DNA from: Thermoplasmatota archaeon
GTDB taxonomy: Archaea; Thermoplasmatota; Thermoplasmata; UBA10834
Assembly (NCBI GenBank): GCA_040751795.1
Contig: JBFMHR010000001.1
Coordinates: forward strand, 320,001-384,000
Direction: 5' to 3'
DNA length: 64,000 nucleotides
Made by a program: the position numbers and the translations under genes. The notes beneath the pieces were generated by a model, which saw nothing but the letters and a program-made list of their open reading frames with translations, did not search any database and was not told the origin of the DNA. This document shows, piece by piece, positions 1-8,788 of this stretch; position 1 is the stretch's first letter, and every line of letters starts with the position of its first letter.

Positions 1-78
1 GGCTCTTCAAGCACTGAGCCGTGACAGGGCCTTGCCTGGAAACCCTTTGACCGTTCCACATCCCAGCCCCGGGCCCGC

Positions 79-1644
79 CTACAGTATCGGCACCAGGTTC
101 GGCCTGAAGTCCCCGGGGTTCGGGTCCGTCATCGCGTGCGGGGCCGTGTAGGGCTCCTCGCCGCGGACCACCATTATCCCGGAGGTCTTGTCGATCCTGA
201 TGTGCGTGTGCGCCAGGTCGGTGAGCCTGCTCGTGGACCTGACGGAGGGCGTGACCGTGGCCACGAAGACGCCGTCGTTGTTCAGGAGCGCGGACAGGAA
301 GTCCATGAGGCCGTCGAGCACACCCGGCCCGTACATGGACTCGAGCGAGTCGAATCCGATCATGCACAGGTACGGCGAGGCCGTGTCCTTGAGAGCGTAC
401 TGCACGTCCTGCCACTTGATGTCGACCCTGACGTCCTCGCCCTCGAGCGTCATGGCGTAGGGCTTGGGCGACTCCGACGCGGCGTGCGGCTCCAGTATGC
501 GGACGCTCTTGTCGAACTCCTCCGCCTTGACGAAGCCGACGAGGGCGTCGCGCGCAGCCTCCGCGCCGGTCTTCTTGGTCGGGAGCCACGCGACTCCGCG
601 GCCCTGGGCTGCGAAGTTGCTGATGACGGCGTTCTCGATGGACGACGACGCCGCCACGGGCACCCCCGGGCCGAGCTCTATCAGTGCTATCGTCCCCTTG
701 ACCAGGCCGCCCTCGAGCATCTCGTCCAGGGCGCCGTTCCCTGTCGACACGCGCCTCTTGTCGGGGTCAGCGGTCTCCTTGAACGCCTTGGGCTTCTCCG
801 GCTTCGAGTACCTGCCGTACTCGAAGGTCCTCACCCTGCCGCCTTGAAGCGTGTAGACGTACTTGGGCTGGCGGATCTCGCAGCCCCTGAGCTTCAGGAG
901 GTCCATCTCCCTTATGCGCCTGCCCGTGGTGCTGTTCAGCGAGAGGTACACGACCCCGTCGCCCAGGTAGTCCAGGAGGGGGTCGGGCGTCTCGAGCACG
1001 TACACGATGTTCGTGCCGCAGCCCTCGACAAGGTCCTTCTGGAGCGCGTTGATGAGCTTGGCCGGCTGGAGGCCGTACTTCTCCGCCAGGGCGTCGATGC
1101 TGTCGATTATGATGAGCGTGCGCTCCGGGAGGGCCTTGTCCACGACGTCGTAGGCCATCTCGATCTCGGGCATCATGGAGCCGACGGTGATTGTGATCTC
1201 GCCCTCGCCGGTCGGCTCCGCGACCTGCTCCTCGCCCCCGGCCTCGATGTTGCCCTCGAGCCTCTGGAGCTCCTTCCTCGGGGACTTGACGACCTCGCTC
1301 TTGAGCTCGCCCTTGATCGCCGCCAGACCGAGCAGGATCTTCTCCACCTGCGCCTCGGAGTCCGCCTTCTTCTTGAGCTTCTTCCTCGCCTTGAGGATCT
1401 CCCCCTCCTTGACCTTGTCAAGGAGCCACGGGAACTGGTTGAAGAGGGACTGGTCCGAGACCCTCGTGGACATGTAGTAGCTCTGCTGGACCTGGGCCAG
1501 CTCCTCGATCATCTGGAGCGCGAGGGTGGTCTTGCCCGTCCCCGCCATGCCCCTGACGATAAGCGAGTGCCCGCCCGGGCTGGACAGGAAAGCGATCAGC
1601 TCCCTCGGGAATGTTGCAGTACCGGTCTTCTCAGCCTCAGCCAT
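79..1644 (-). CDS. KaiC/RAD55-like double P-loop ATPase (GvpD-like)
   Basis: N-terminal Walker A GMAGTGKT, Walker B IIIDSID and LLKLRG motif; second RecA-like domain (RVSTGNGALDEMLEGG) has a degenerate Walker A. Confidence 0.8.
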   Translation of the reverse strand: MAEAEKTGTATFPRELIAFLSSPGGHSLIVRGMAGTGKTTLALQMIEELAQVQQSYYMSTRVSDQSLFNQFPWLLDKVKEGEILKARKKLKKKADSEAQVEKILLGLAAIKGELKSEVVKSPRKELQRLEGNIEAGGEEQVAEPTGEGEITITVGSMMPEIEMAYDVVDKALPERTLIIIDSIDALAEKYGLQPAKLINALQKDLVEGCGTNIVYVLETPDPLLDYLGDGVVYLSLNSTTGRRIREMDLLKLRGCEIRQPKYVYTLQGGRVRTFEYGRYSKPEKPKAFKETADPDKRRVSTGNGALDEMLEGGLVKGTIALIELGPGVPVAASSSIENAVISNFAAQGRGVAWLPTKKTGAEAARDALVGFVKAEEFDKSVRILEPHAASESPKPYAMTLEGEDVRVDIKWQDVQYALKDTASPYLCMIGFDSLESMYGPGVLDGLMDFLSALLNNDGVFVATVTPSVRSTSRLTDLAHTHIRIDKTSGIMVVRGEEPYTAPHAMTDPNPGDFRPNLVPIL

Positions 1645-1689
1645 CACGACTCAACTCCTGCACGTACATCTGGCGCTCCGGAAGAGGGC

Positions 1690-2085
1690 TCAGCGCTCCT
1701 TGGGGACCAGCAGGCCTCCCGCCTGCGCCTCCCCCTCCTCCTCCTCGATCAGCTTGATCTCCTTCCACTCGCCGCCGAAGTCCTGGGTCTCTCCAGTGAC
1801 CATCTGGAACCTCACCCTGAGCTTCCCGGCCTCGAAGAAGATGTAGGCGTTCCTGAGCTGCGACTGGTAGAGGACGATCCTCTTCCCCTGCTGCGTCAGC
1901 GCCCTCTCGACCCCCTTCAGCAGCCCCGCCTTCTCGAGCGCGTGTATGCGCCTGTAGCACGCGGCTATGGGGATGCTCAGCTTCGCGCTCAGCTCGAGGG
2001 CGTGCTTCGGCTTCCTGGCGCACGCGACGAGTATCTTCGCCGCGTACGTGTCCATTATCAGCCGTGATGCCTCGATGGGGTCCAA
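1690..2085 (-). CDS. winged helix-turn-helix transcription regulator (ArsR-like)
   Basis: KHALELSAKLSIPIAACYRRIHALEKAGLL wHTH pattern; TTG start preceded by GGAGG. Confidence 0.8.
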   Translation of the reverse strand: MDPIEASRLIMDTYAAKILVACARKPKHALELSAKLSIPIAACYRRIHALEKAGLLKGVERALTQQGKRIVLYQSQLRNAYIFFEAGKLRVRFQMVTGETQDFGGEWKEIKLIEEEEGEAQAGGLLVPKER

Positions 2086-2307
2086 GAGCTGGCCTCCGCA
2101 CTGTGAGAGAGCCGCGGTGCTATCGGTTCATAGCAACACTGGGGGGATGTCGTTACGCAGCTCACCAATCTCAGTTCTGAGTGGAGGAATACACTCCTGG
2201 CGTTTAATACTCTTTCGGGGAGCCGGTCTCCGCCTCCCCCAGCCCCCGCACAAGAAATATATTATGGGACGGAAGGCGTCACCGTCCAACGCGCCTGAGG
2301 ATTCCGG

Positions 2308-2646
2308 ATGAAGGGCAGGAAGTGCAAGTGCGGGTTCGTGACACTGGCTGGGAGGCCGAGGTGCCCCCGCTGCGGCAAGATCACCTCCGACGCGGAGTGG
2401 GACGACTTCGGGAAGGTCCTGTCGTCATCCAGGCTCGACTCCGCCCCCGAGGGGTTCAAGGCGCCCATGAGCCTCCTGCTCATAGGGGTCGAGGGCAAGG
2501 GCCCGAAGCTGGCCTGCTGGAGCGAAGAGGAGTTCGCGGTCGGGGACAGGGTCGCCCTCGTGGACATGGGGGGCAACACCTTCACCTGCGACAGGGCCGC
2601 GCCCGGGGAGGCGCGGGTCAGACGGCGATCCTCGAAGCGTCGGTGA
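2308..2646 (+). CDS. Zn-ribbon/OB-fold protein (DUF35-like)
   Basis: CKCG...CPRCG ribbon followed by OB-fold-like GKVLSS...APEGF...GDRV. Confidence 0.7.
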   Translation: MKGRKCKCGFVTLAGRPRCPRCGKITSDAEWDDFGKVLSSSRLDSAPEGFKAPMSLLLIGVEGKGPKLACWSEEEFAVGDRVALVDMGGNTFTCDRAAPGEARVRRRSSKRR

Positions 2647-3544
2647 GCGAGAACTGCGGGCCGAGGGCGGCTATCCTCGCCTTCAGGGCGCCGGCGAGCT
2701 CTTCGCCCTTGACGGGGGATCTCCTGACGTCGACCACGAGCTCGCATGTCATGCGCTCGTAGTAGACGAGGACGTTGGTCCCGCCTGACAGGACGTTTAT
2801 CGACATGTCGCCCATGACCTTCATTATCTCGTGGATGGCGCCGGGCCTGTCCGGGAGGTCCACCTTCAGCCTGTGGAGGTCCGTGTCGTCGTTCAGGAAC
2901 ACGACCGACAGGATCCACGACTCCGGCTCCGCGACGAACATCACCGGCGCGGAGCTCTTGCCGAGGAAGTTGAGGTAGGCGTGGGGCAGCTCGAAGACGC
3001 CGCCCGAGATCGTGCTCGCCTTCTTCTCGGTCTTCCTCATGGCCATCGTCTTGACCTTCTCGCTCTTGGGCGCGGCGCCGCGCGTGTACCTCGTCGCGAG
3101 GTCCGAGCTCTCGACGCAGAGACAGTCGACCATGCTGAGCGAAGGGTCCTTCGAGTGCTTGGCGTCCTCGAACTCCTTCTCGAGGGTCGACGAGTCGCCG
3201 AAGAAGGAGAGGTCCGCGAGCATCTCCCAGACCATGATGACGTTGGGAATCGAGCTGACCGTCTCCGAGTTGAGTATGTCGATGTTGCGCGCCTTCAGGA
3301 ACTGCGCGGCCTGGGCCAGGGCGCCGGGCTCGTCCCGGACGTGTATGGTGACGTAGGCGATCTCCCTGTAGTTCTCCGGCCCGAACGGGGAGAGCACGAT
3401 CTCGAAGGTGCCCCTGTCCCCTATCTCGTACCTGAACATCGAGCTGAAGACCTCGCTCCCGTCCACGAGGCCGAGGGGTGCCCCTATCCTCGGGCTGATC
3501 CTGATCTTGCCAGACTCCATCCGTCCGAAGTCGACTAGGGTCAT
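2618..3544 (-). CDS. ACT-domain protein (two ACT domains, each preceded by an AbrB-like segment)
   Basis: DEPGALAQAAQFLKARNIDI and DRPGAIHEIMKVMGDMSINV ACT signatures; start position uncertain. Confidence 0.75.
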   Translation of the reverse strand: MTLVDFGRMESGKIRISPRIGAPLGLVDGSEVFSSMFRYEIGDRGTFEIVLSPFGPENYREIAYVTIHVRDEPGALAQAAQFLKARNIDILNSETVSSIPNVIMVWEMLADLSFFGDSSTLEKEFEDAKHSKDPSLSMVDCLCVESSDLATRYTRGAAPKSEKVKTMAMRKTEKKASTISGGVFELPHAYLNFLGKSSAPVMFVAEPESWILSVVFLNDDTDLHRLKVDLPDRPGAIHEIMKVMGDMSINVLSGGTNVLVYYERMTCELVVDVRRSPVKGEELAGALKARIAALGPQFSLTDASRIAV

Positions 3545-3601
3545 TCTCTCATCCCACGTGCGGATAAGCGGACTACTCACATAAAGATGTTGAGAAGTCG
3601 C

Positions 3602-3994
3602 TCACGCCTTGGGCGTGAAGATGTACAGAGTTGGCACCCGCTTCTTGAGCCCCGTCCAATAGCCGCAGCTCCTGCACCGGTATCCGCGGGTCACCGTGCC
3701 CCCGTAGACGGTGAGGTTCCGTATGCGCTCGGTCCTCCCGCCGCACACGGGGCAGAGGGACGCGGATGTCTTCTCCCCCGACTCCCTCGTCCTCGTCTCG
3801 ACCGTCACCAGGTCGTTCGCGAGCGCGAGCCTCCTGATCCGGGGCTCGCTCACGGAATAGTCGGGGTCGTGCCGCCGGAGCTCCCTCAGGACGAGCTCGG
3901 CGAACTTCCGCTGGGAGTTTATGACCCCGTGCCTCCGGAGCGCGTCCTTGACGGCGTCAAGTATCTCAGTGTCCGAGGGTTTCCTGTACGCCAT
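3602..3994 (-). CDS. hypothetical protein with C-terminal Zn ribbon
   Basis: CPVCG...CRSCGYW; clean ORF with ATG start. Confidence 0.7.
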   Translation of the reverse strand: MAYRKPSDTEILDAVKDALRRHGVINSQRKFAELVLRELRRHDPDYSVSEPRIRRLALANDLVTVETRTRESGEKTSASLCPVCGGRTERIRNLTVYGGTVTRGYRCRSCGYWTGLKKRVPTLYIFTPKA

Positions 3995-4113
3995 CGGGCA
4001 CGAATCAGCATCCGTTTACAGATACCTTTCCACGTGGGGGCCGGAGCGACGCCGGTCGTTGGTGGGAAAGCATTTTATCATCGCAACCGTTAACCGCGGC
4101 ACCAGTGAGAGGC

Positions 4114-5421
4114 ATGCGAGCGAAAGTCATCATAATGGGGGCTGCCGGAAGGGACTTCCACAACTTCAACGTCTACTTCCGCGACAACGCCAACTACGAG
4201 GTAGTGGCGTTCACGGCGACGCAGATACCGAACATCGAGGGGCGGAAGTATCCGGCCGTCCTCGCGGGCAAGCTCTATCCCAAGGGGATAGACATCTACC
4301 CCGAGAAGGACCTCGTCGACCTCATCAGGAAGCACGGGGTCGAGCAGGTCGTGTTCGCATACTCGGACATAGCGCACGTCGACGTCATGCACAAGGCGTC
4401 CATCGTGAACGCCGCCGGCGCCGACTTCAGGCTGATGGGCGGCAACCAGACCGCGGTCAAGTCCAAGGTGCCCGTCATCGCGGTGTGCGCCGTCAGGACC
4501 GGCTCCGGCAAGAGCCAGACCACGAGGGCGATCGCGTCCATCCTCAGGGCCAAGGGCCGCAGGGTCGTGGCCATAAGGCACCCGATGCCCTACGGCGACC
4601 TCGCGAAGCAGGCCGTGCAGAGGTTCGCGACCTACGAGGACCTCGACAAGCACGAGTGCACCATCGAGGAGAGGGAGGAGTACGAGCCCCACATAGACAA
4701 GGGGATCATCGTCTACGCGGGCGTCGACTACGAGAAGATCCTGAGGCAGGCGGAGCAGGAGGCAGACGTCGTCCTCTGGGACGGCGGGAACAACGACACC
4801 CCGTTCTACGTGCCGGACCTGCACATCGTCGTCGCGGACCCGCACAGGGCGGAGCACGGCAGGCTCTACCACCCGGGCGAGGCGAACATGCGCATGGCCA
4901 ACGTCATAATCATCAACAAGGTCGACACGGCCGACCCGAAGAAGGTCGAGCTGGTCAGGCAGATCGCCGCGGAGCTCAACCCCAAGGCGAAGGTCATACT
5001 GGCCGACTCGCCGGTCACGGCGGAGGACCCGGCCGCCATCAAGGGCAAGAAGGTCCTGGTCATCGAGGACGGGCCGACGGTCACCCACGGCGACATGACC
5101 TTCGGCGCCGGCATGATAGCCGCGAAGGACTCCGGCGCGAAGGAGGTCATAGACCCGAGGCCCTTCGCTGTCGACTCGATCAAGGCCACGTTCGAGAAGT
5201 ACAGGCACCTGGAGAAGGTCCTCCCGGCCATGGGCTACGGCGACCAGCAGGTCAAGGACCTGCAGGAGACCATCAACAGGGCGAAGTGCGATGTTGTCGT
5301 GTCCGGCACGCCGATAGACCTGAACAGGGTGCTCAAGGCGAACAAGCCCCTGATCAGGGTGAGGTACGACCTGAAGGTCAGGGAGGGCGCCTCCCTGGAG
5401 GACCTGCTCAGGAAGTTCTGA
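4114..5421 (+). CDS. P-loop GTPase, cyclic 2,3-diphosphoglycerate synthetase-like family
   Basis: GAAGRDFHNFN N-terminus, P-loop RTGSGKS, WDGGNND, INKVD. Confidence 0.75.
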   Translation: MRAKVIIMGAAGRDFHNFNVYFRDNANYEVVAFTATQIPNIEGRKYPAVLAGKLYPKGIDIYPEKDLVDLIRKHGVEQVVFAYSDIAHVDVMHKASIVNAAGADFRLMGGNQTAVKSKVPVIAVCAVRTGSGKSQTTRAIASILRAKGRRVVAIRHPMPYGDLAKQAVQRFATYEDLDKHECTIEEREEYEPHIDKGIIVYAGVDYEKILRQAEQEADVVLWDGGNNDTPFYVPDLHIVVADPHRAEHGRLYHPGEANMRMANVIIINKVDTADPKKVELVRQIAAELNPKAKVILADSPVTAEDPAAIKGKKVLVIEDGPTVTHGDMTFGAGMIAAKDSGAKEVIDPRPFAVDSIKATFEKYRHLEKVLPAMGYGDQQVKDLQETINRAKCDVVVSGTPIDLNRVLKANKPLIRVRYDLKVREGASLEDLLRKF

Positions 5422-5462
5422 CCCTCAAAAGGGTTAAGGCGGCCCTCAGGGATTAGGCCCCC

Positions 5463-5567
5463 GCGGGAGTAGCCAAGCCTGGACAACGGCGCAGGACTTA
5501 AGGTCCACGCACTGGATAGGATATCCGGTCTCACAGGAGTACGGGGGTTCGAATCCCCTCTCCCGCA
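5463..5567 (+). tRNA. tRNA-Leu(UAA) with 20-nt intron (5503-5522) at position 37/38
   Basis: Acceptor stem GCGGGAG/CTCCCGC, TTCGAAT T-loop, long variable arm, anticodon TAA at 5499-5501; BHB motif with CTTA/TAGG central helix, two 3-nt bulges and TCCA/TGGA outer helix; CCA not encoded. Confidence 0.93.
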
Positions 5568-5735
5568 CGCTGTCCACATCCGTTCAGAAGGCTTTTAATC
5601 CCGAACAGCGACACTATTTAGATGGGCAGGGGAATACCCCCTCCGGGGGGTATGCTTGAGGAGATCCATCAAGTCGCGTGGGGGTGAAAGGTCAGAATCG
5701 TCCACGTCCCTCCGAACGTTGGAGGGGTTCGAGAG

Positions 5736-7700
5736 ATGATTCCTGATAGGACGCTGCTCAGGGTGTGGGGGTTCGTGGCGATCGTCGTGGGGTGCATGAT
5801 GTTCACCCCGCTCTATTCCCTCGTGGGGGCCACGATCGCCCAGGAGGAGGAGGAGCCCGAGAAGATCCTCAGGGCCGGGTTCCTCCAGCCGGTCGACAGC
5901 ATGAACCCGATGCTCGGCCTGAACGACGCCTCTTACATATTCTACGGGCTGATATACGACAACCCGCACTGCATCGACAAGGAGATGAACATCGAGGGCA
6001 ACCTGGTCGTCGACACGCGGCCGGTCCCCGCTACGGACCCGGAGATCGCCCTGGCAGGCAGGCCCTACGGCTCGATATGGGAGTACGACATCACGACGAA
6101 CGCCAGGTGGCACGACGGAGAGCCCTTCACCATCGAGGACTTCGTCTGGAACATGGAGCTGCACTCCGAATACTACGACATCATGTGGGCGTTCCAGCCC
6201 TACTCGTACTTCATGGAGAAGGTCGAGAAGGTCGACGAGGACACCGCCAGGATCTACTACTTCAACAGGGAGACGAGCGAGCCGATGGCGTGCTCCTACG
6301 CGTACCTCCTCGCGGTCTTCCTGATGCCCAGGCACCTGCTCTCCTCGGAGAGCGCCTCGTACATCAGCTTCGAGTGGCCCGGGAGCTTCGACGACACGCC
6401 GCTCCCGGTCGTCGGCACCGGCCCGTTCATGGTGACTGACGAGATCGAGGACGAGTGGACCGCCGGCGACCACCTGACCCTCGTGCGGAACCCCAACTAC
6501 CACTGGGGCGAGGACAAGGGGATGAACATCTCCTTCGACAAGATAGTCATGTACTTCTACGACGACGCGACCTCGATGAGGCTCGCCCTCACGTCCGGGG
6601 ACCTCGACATAGCCCAGTTCCCGCCGGAGACGTACAAGGCCCTGAAGGACGGCATCGCCGACGGGACCTACGACAACCTGGCCAGCTACGACGGCCTGAA
6701 GTGCACCCAGTACTGGACGGAGATCGAGTTCTGCATGAACGAGGGAGGGCCCAACCCGTCGAGGCTGGACCCGGCGATAAGGCAGGCGCTCGCGACCGCC
6801 ACGGACAAGGAGTACATCGTCACCAACTACTACAGGAGCCTGGCCGAGGAGGGCACGACCCTCATCCCGTCCATAAACGAGAAGTGGCACTACGAGCCGA
6901 CGGCGGACGAGAAGTTCGTGTACGACCTCGAGGCGGCGGCCGAGATGCTCGACGACGCCGGCTACAGGTACCCGTACGACGGGGCGGAGCTCAGGGAGGT
7001 CATGGCCGACAGCCTCGCGGCGAAGGAGGGGTGGGCCCCGCCGGGCACCGACCTCTCATACCACATGTACGTCAGGAGGGAGTACCCCGAGGAGGCCCTC
7101 ATCGCCAAGTACCTCAAGGAGACCTGGGCCCAAATCGGCGTCGGGCTGAACTACGAGGTCGTGGACGAGTCATACATGAGCACCGAGGTCTACTCCTACG
7201 AGTACGACACCTGCATATGGTACTGGAGCGCCGACATAGACCCCAACTACATGCTGTTCTGCCAGTCCAAGATCGCGTGGAGCGGCTGGAGCGACAACAA
7301 GTACTACAACGAGAGCTACGAGGAGAACTACCTGGCGTCGGTCAGCGCGATGGACGATGACGAGCGCAAGACCTACGTCGACAACTGCCAGCGGATACAC
7401 TACAGGGACGCGGCCTTCATCATAATGGCTGCGCCGTACCAGACCTACGTCTGGAGGACCGACACCTTCGAGAACTGGGGCGACTGGGACGACAGCCCGG
7501 GCATGAGCATGGACAACTTCTGGGGAGGGAACCCGCTGTTCTTCGACCTCGAGTACATCGGGGACAGGACCCAGGGCTTCGACCTCGGCTCCGCGCTGAT
7601 GTTCGGCGGGGTGATCGCGGCGGTGGTGGTCGCGGTGGCAGCCATCTGGCTGCTCAAGAAGAGGGGGAAGAAGGGGAAGGCGAGCCCGTTGGGCGAATGA
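5736..7700 (+). CDS. peptide ABC transporter substrate-binding protein (family 5) with C-terminal membrane anchor
   Basis: ARWHDGEPFT, VGTGPF, LVRNPNY motifs; N-terminal signal; C-terminal TM followed by KKRGKK. Confidence 0.9.
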   Translation: MIPDRTLLRVWGFVAIVVGCMMFTPLYSLVGATIAQEEEEPEKILRAGFLQPVDSMNPMLGLNDASYIFYGLIYDNPHCIDKEMNIEGNLVVDTRPVPATDPEIALAGRPYGSIWEYDITTNARWHDGEPFTIEDFVWNMELHSEYYDIMWAFQPYSYFMEKVEKVDEDTARIYYFNRETSEPMACSYAYLLAVFLMPRHLLSSESASYISFEWPGSFDDTPLPVVGTGPFMVTDEIEDEWTAGDHLTLVRNPNYHWGEDKGMNISFDKIVMYFYDDATSMRLALTSGDLDIAQFPPETYKALKDGIADGTYDNLASYDGLKCTQYWTEIEFCMNEGGPNPSRLDPAIRQALATATDKEYIVTNYYRSLAEEGTTLIPSINEKWHYEPTADEKFVYDLEAAAEMLDDAGYRYPYDGAELREVMADSLAAKEGWAPPGTDLSYHMYVRREYPEEALIAKYLKETWAQIGVGLNYEVVDESYMSTEVYSYEYDTCIWYWSADIDPNYMLFCQSKIAWSGWSDNKYYNESYEENYLASVSAMDDDERKTYVDNCQRIHYRDAAFIIMAAPYQTYVWRTDTFENWGDWDDSPGMSMDNFWGGNPLFFDLEYIGDRTQGFDLGSALMFGGVIAAVVVAVAAIWLLKKRGKKGKASPLGE

Positions 7701-7789
7701 GGAGCGGCCCCTCACCGGGGCCCTCCGAGGCCCTCTGGGCGACGAGTCGCGCAGAGGGCACGATGAACGCTGGAGAGGAGGGATGACAG

Positions 7790-8788
7790 GTGGACATGAG
7801 GAGGTTCGTGATCAAGAAGACCATCTACCTGGCGATCACGCTCTTCGCGATCCTCCTCACCAACTTCGTCCTCTTCCGGATAATGCCCGGCGACCCCATC
7901 AGGGCCTGGATCCCGAAGGGGATCAGCCCTGAGGTGGCCGAGATCATAAGGGAGAACCTGCACCTCAACGACCCGATGTACGAGCAGTTCTACTACTACC
8001 TGGTCAACGTCTTCCAGCTCGACTTCGGCGTCACCTCCTCGTACCAGATGGGCACCGAGGTCACGGAGATCCTCATACCCAGGATATTCAACACCCTCGT
8101 GCTCGTGGGGATCGGCACTGCGATAGCCGTCTTCGCCGGGGTCGCCCTGGGGAGATACGTCGCGTGGAGGAGGGGGCAGGCGGCGGACACCGTCGGCATG
8201 GCCTTCACCCTCACCTTCTACACGATGCCCACGTTCCTCCTGGCCCTCGGGCTCCTCATACTCTTCGCGGGCACCCTCGACTGGTTCCCCCTCAGGGGCG
8301 CCTACGGCGAGATACCGTTCATGGACAACCCGCCGCCGTACTCCCAGATGAGCCTCCTCGAGAAGGTCGTGAGCAGGGGGTACCACATCGTCCTCCCCGT
8401 CCTCGCCTTCAGCATACAGATCATGGCCGACTTCGTCCTCATAATGAGGAACTCGCTCACGGACGTCCTCACCGAGGACTACATAGTCACCGCGAGGGCG
8501 AAGGGGCTGTCGGACGAGGCGGTCCTGAAGGACCACGCCATGAGGAACGCCCTCCTCCCCGTGGTCACGGTCATGGCCATAGCCTTCGGCTGGGTCGTCG
8601 GCGGGGAGATCATGGTCGAGCTCATCTTCTCGTACGAGGGGATAGGCCAGCTGACCTGGGACGCGGTCAACAAGCGGGACTTCCCCCTCCTCCAGGCGCT
8701 GTTCCTGATAATGGCCGTCGGGGTCCTCTTCGCCAACCTGATCGCGGACATAGTCTACACCTACCTCGATCCGAGGGTGAAGATATGA
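7790..8788 (+). CDS. dppB: peptide ABC transporter permease (DppB/OppB)
   Basis: MPGDP, EDYIVTARAKGLS EAA loop, RDFPLLQ, YLDPRV. Confidence 0.92.
   Translation: MDMRRFVIKKTIYLAITLFAILLTNFVLFRIMPGDPIRAWIPKGISPEVAEIIRENLHLNDPMYEQFYYYLVNVFQLDFGVTSSYQMGTEVTEILIPRIFNTLVLVGIGTAIAVFAGVALGRYVAWRRGQAADTVGMAFTLTFYTMPTFLLALGLLILFAGTLDWFPLRGAYGEIPFMDNPPPYSQMSLLEKVVSRGYHIVLPVLAFSIQIMADFVLIMRNSLTDVLTEDYIVTARAKGLSDEAVLKDHAMRNALLPVVTVMAIAFGWVVGGEIMVELIFSYEGIGQLTWDAVNKRDFPLLQALFLIMAVGVLFANLIADIVYTYLDPRVKI

Noticed and set aside
79-1644. Gas vesicle or circadian clock locus
   Set aside because: No gvpA/gvpN or kaiB genes in the window
8164-8784. N-terminal 207 aa of the 777-aa ORF
   Set aside because: Overlaps dppB out of frame; the true start is 8785
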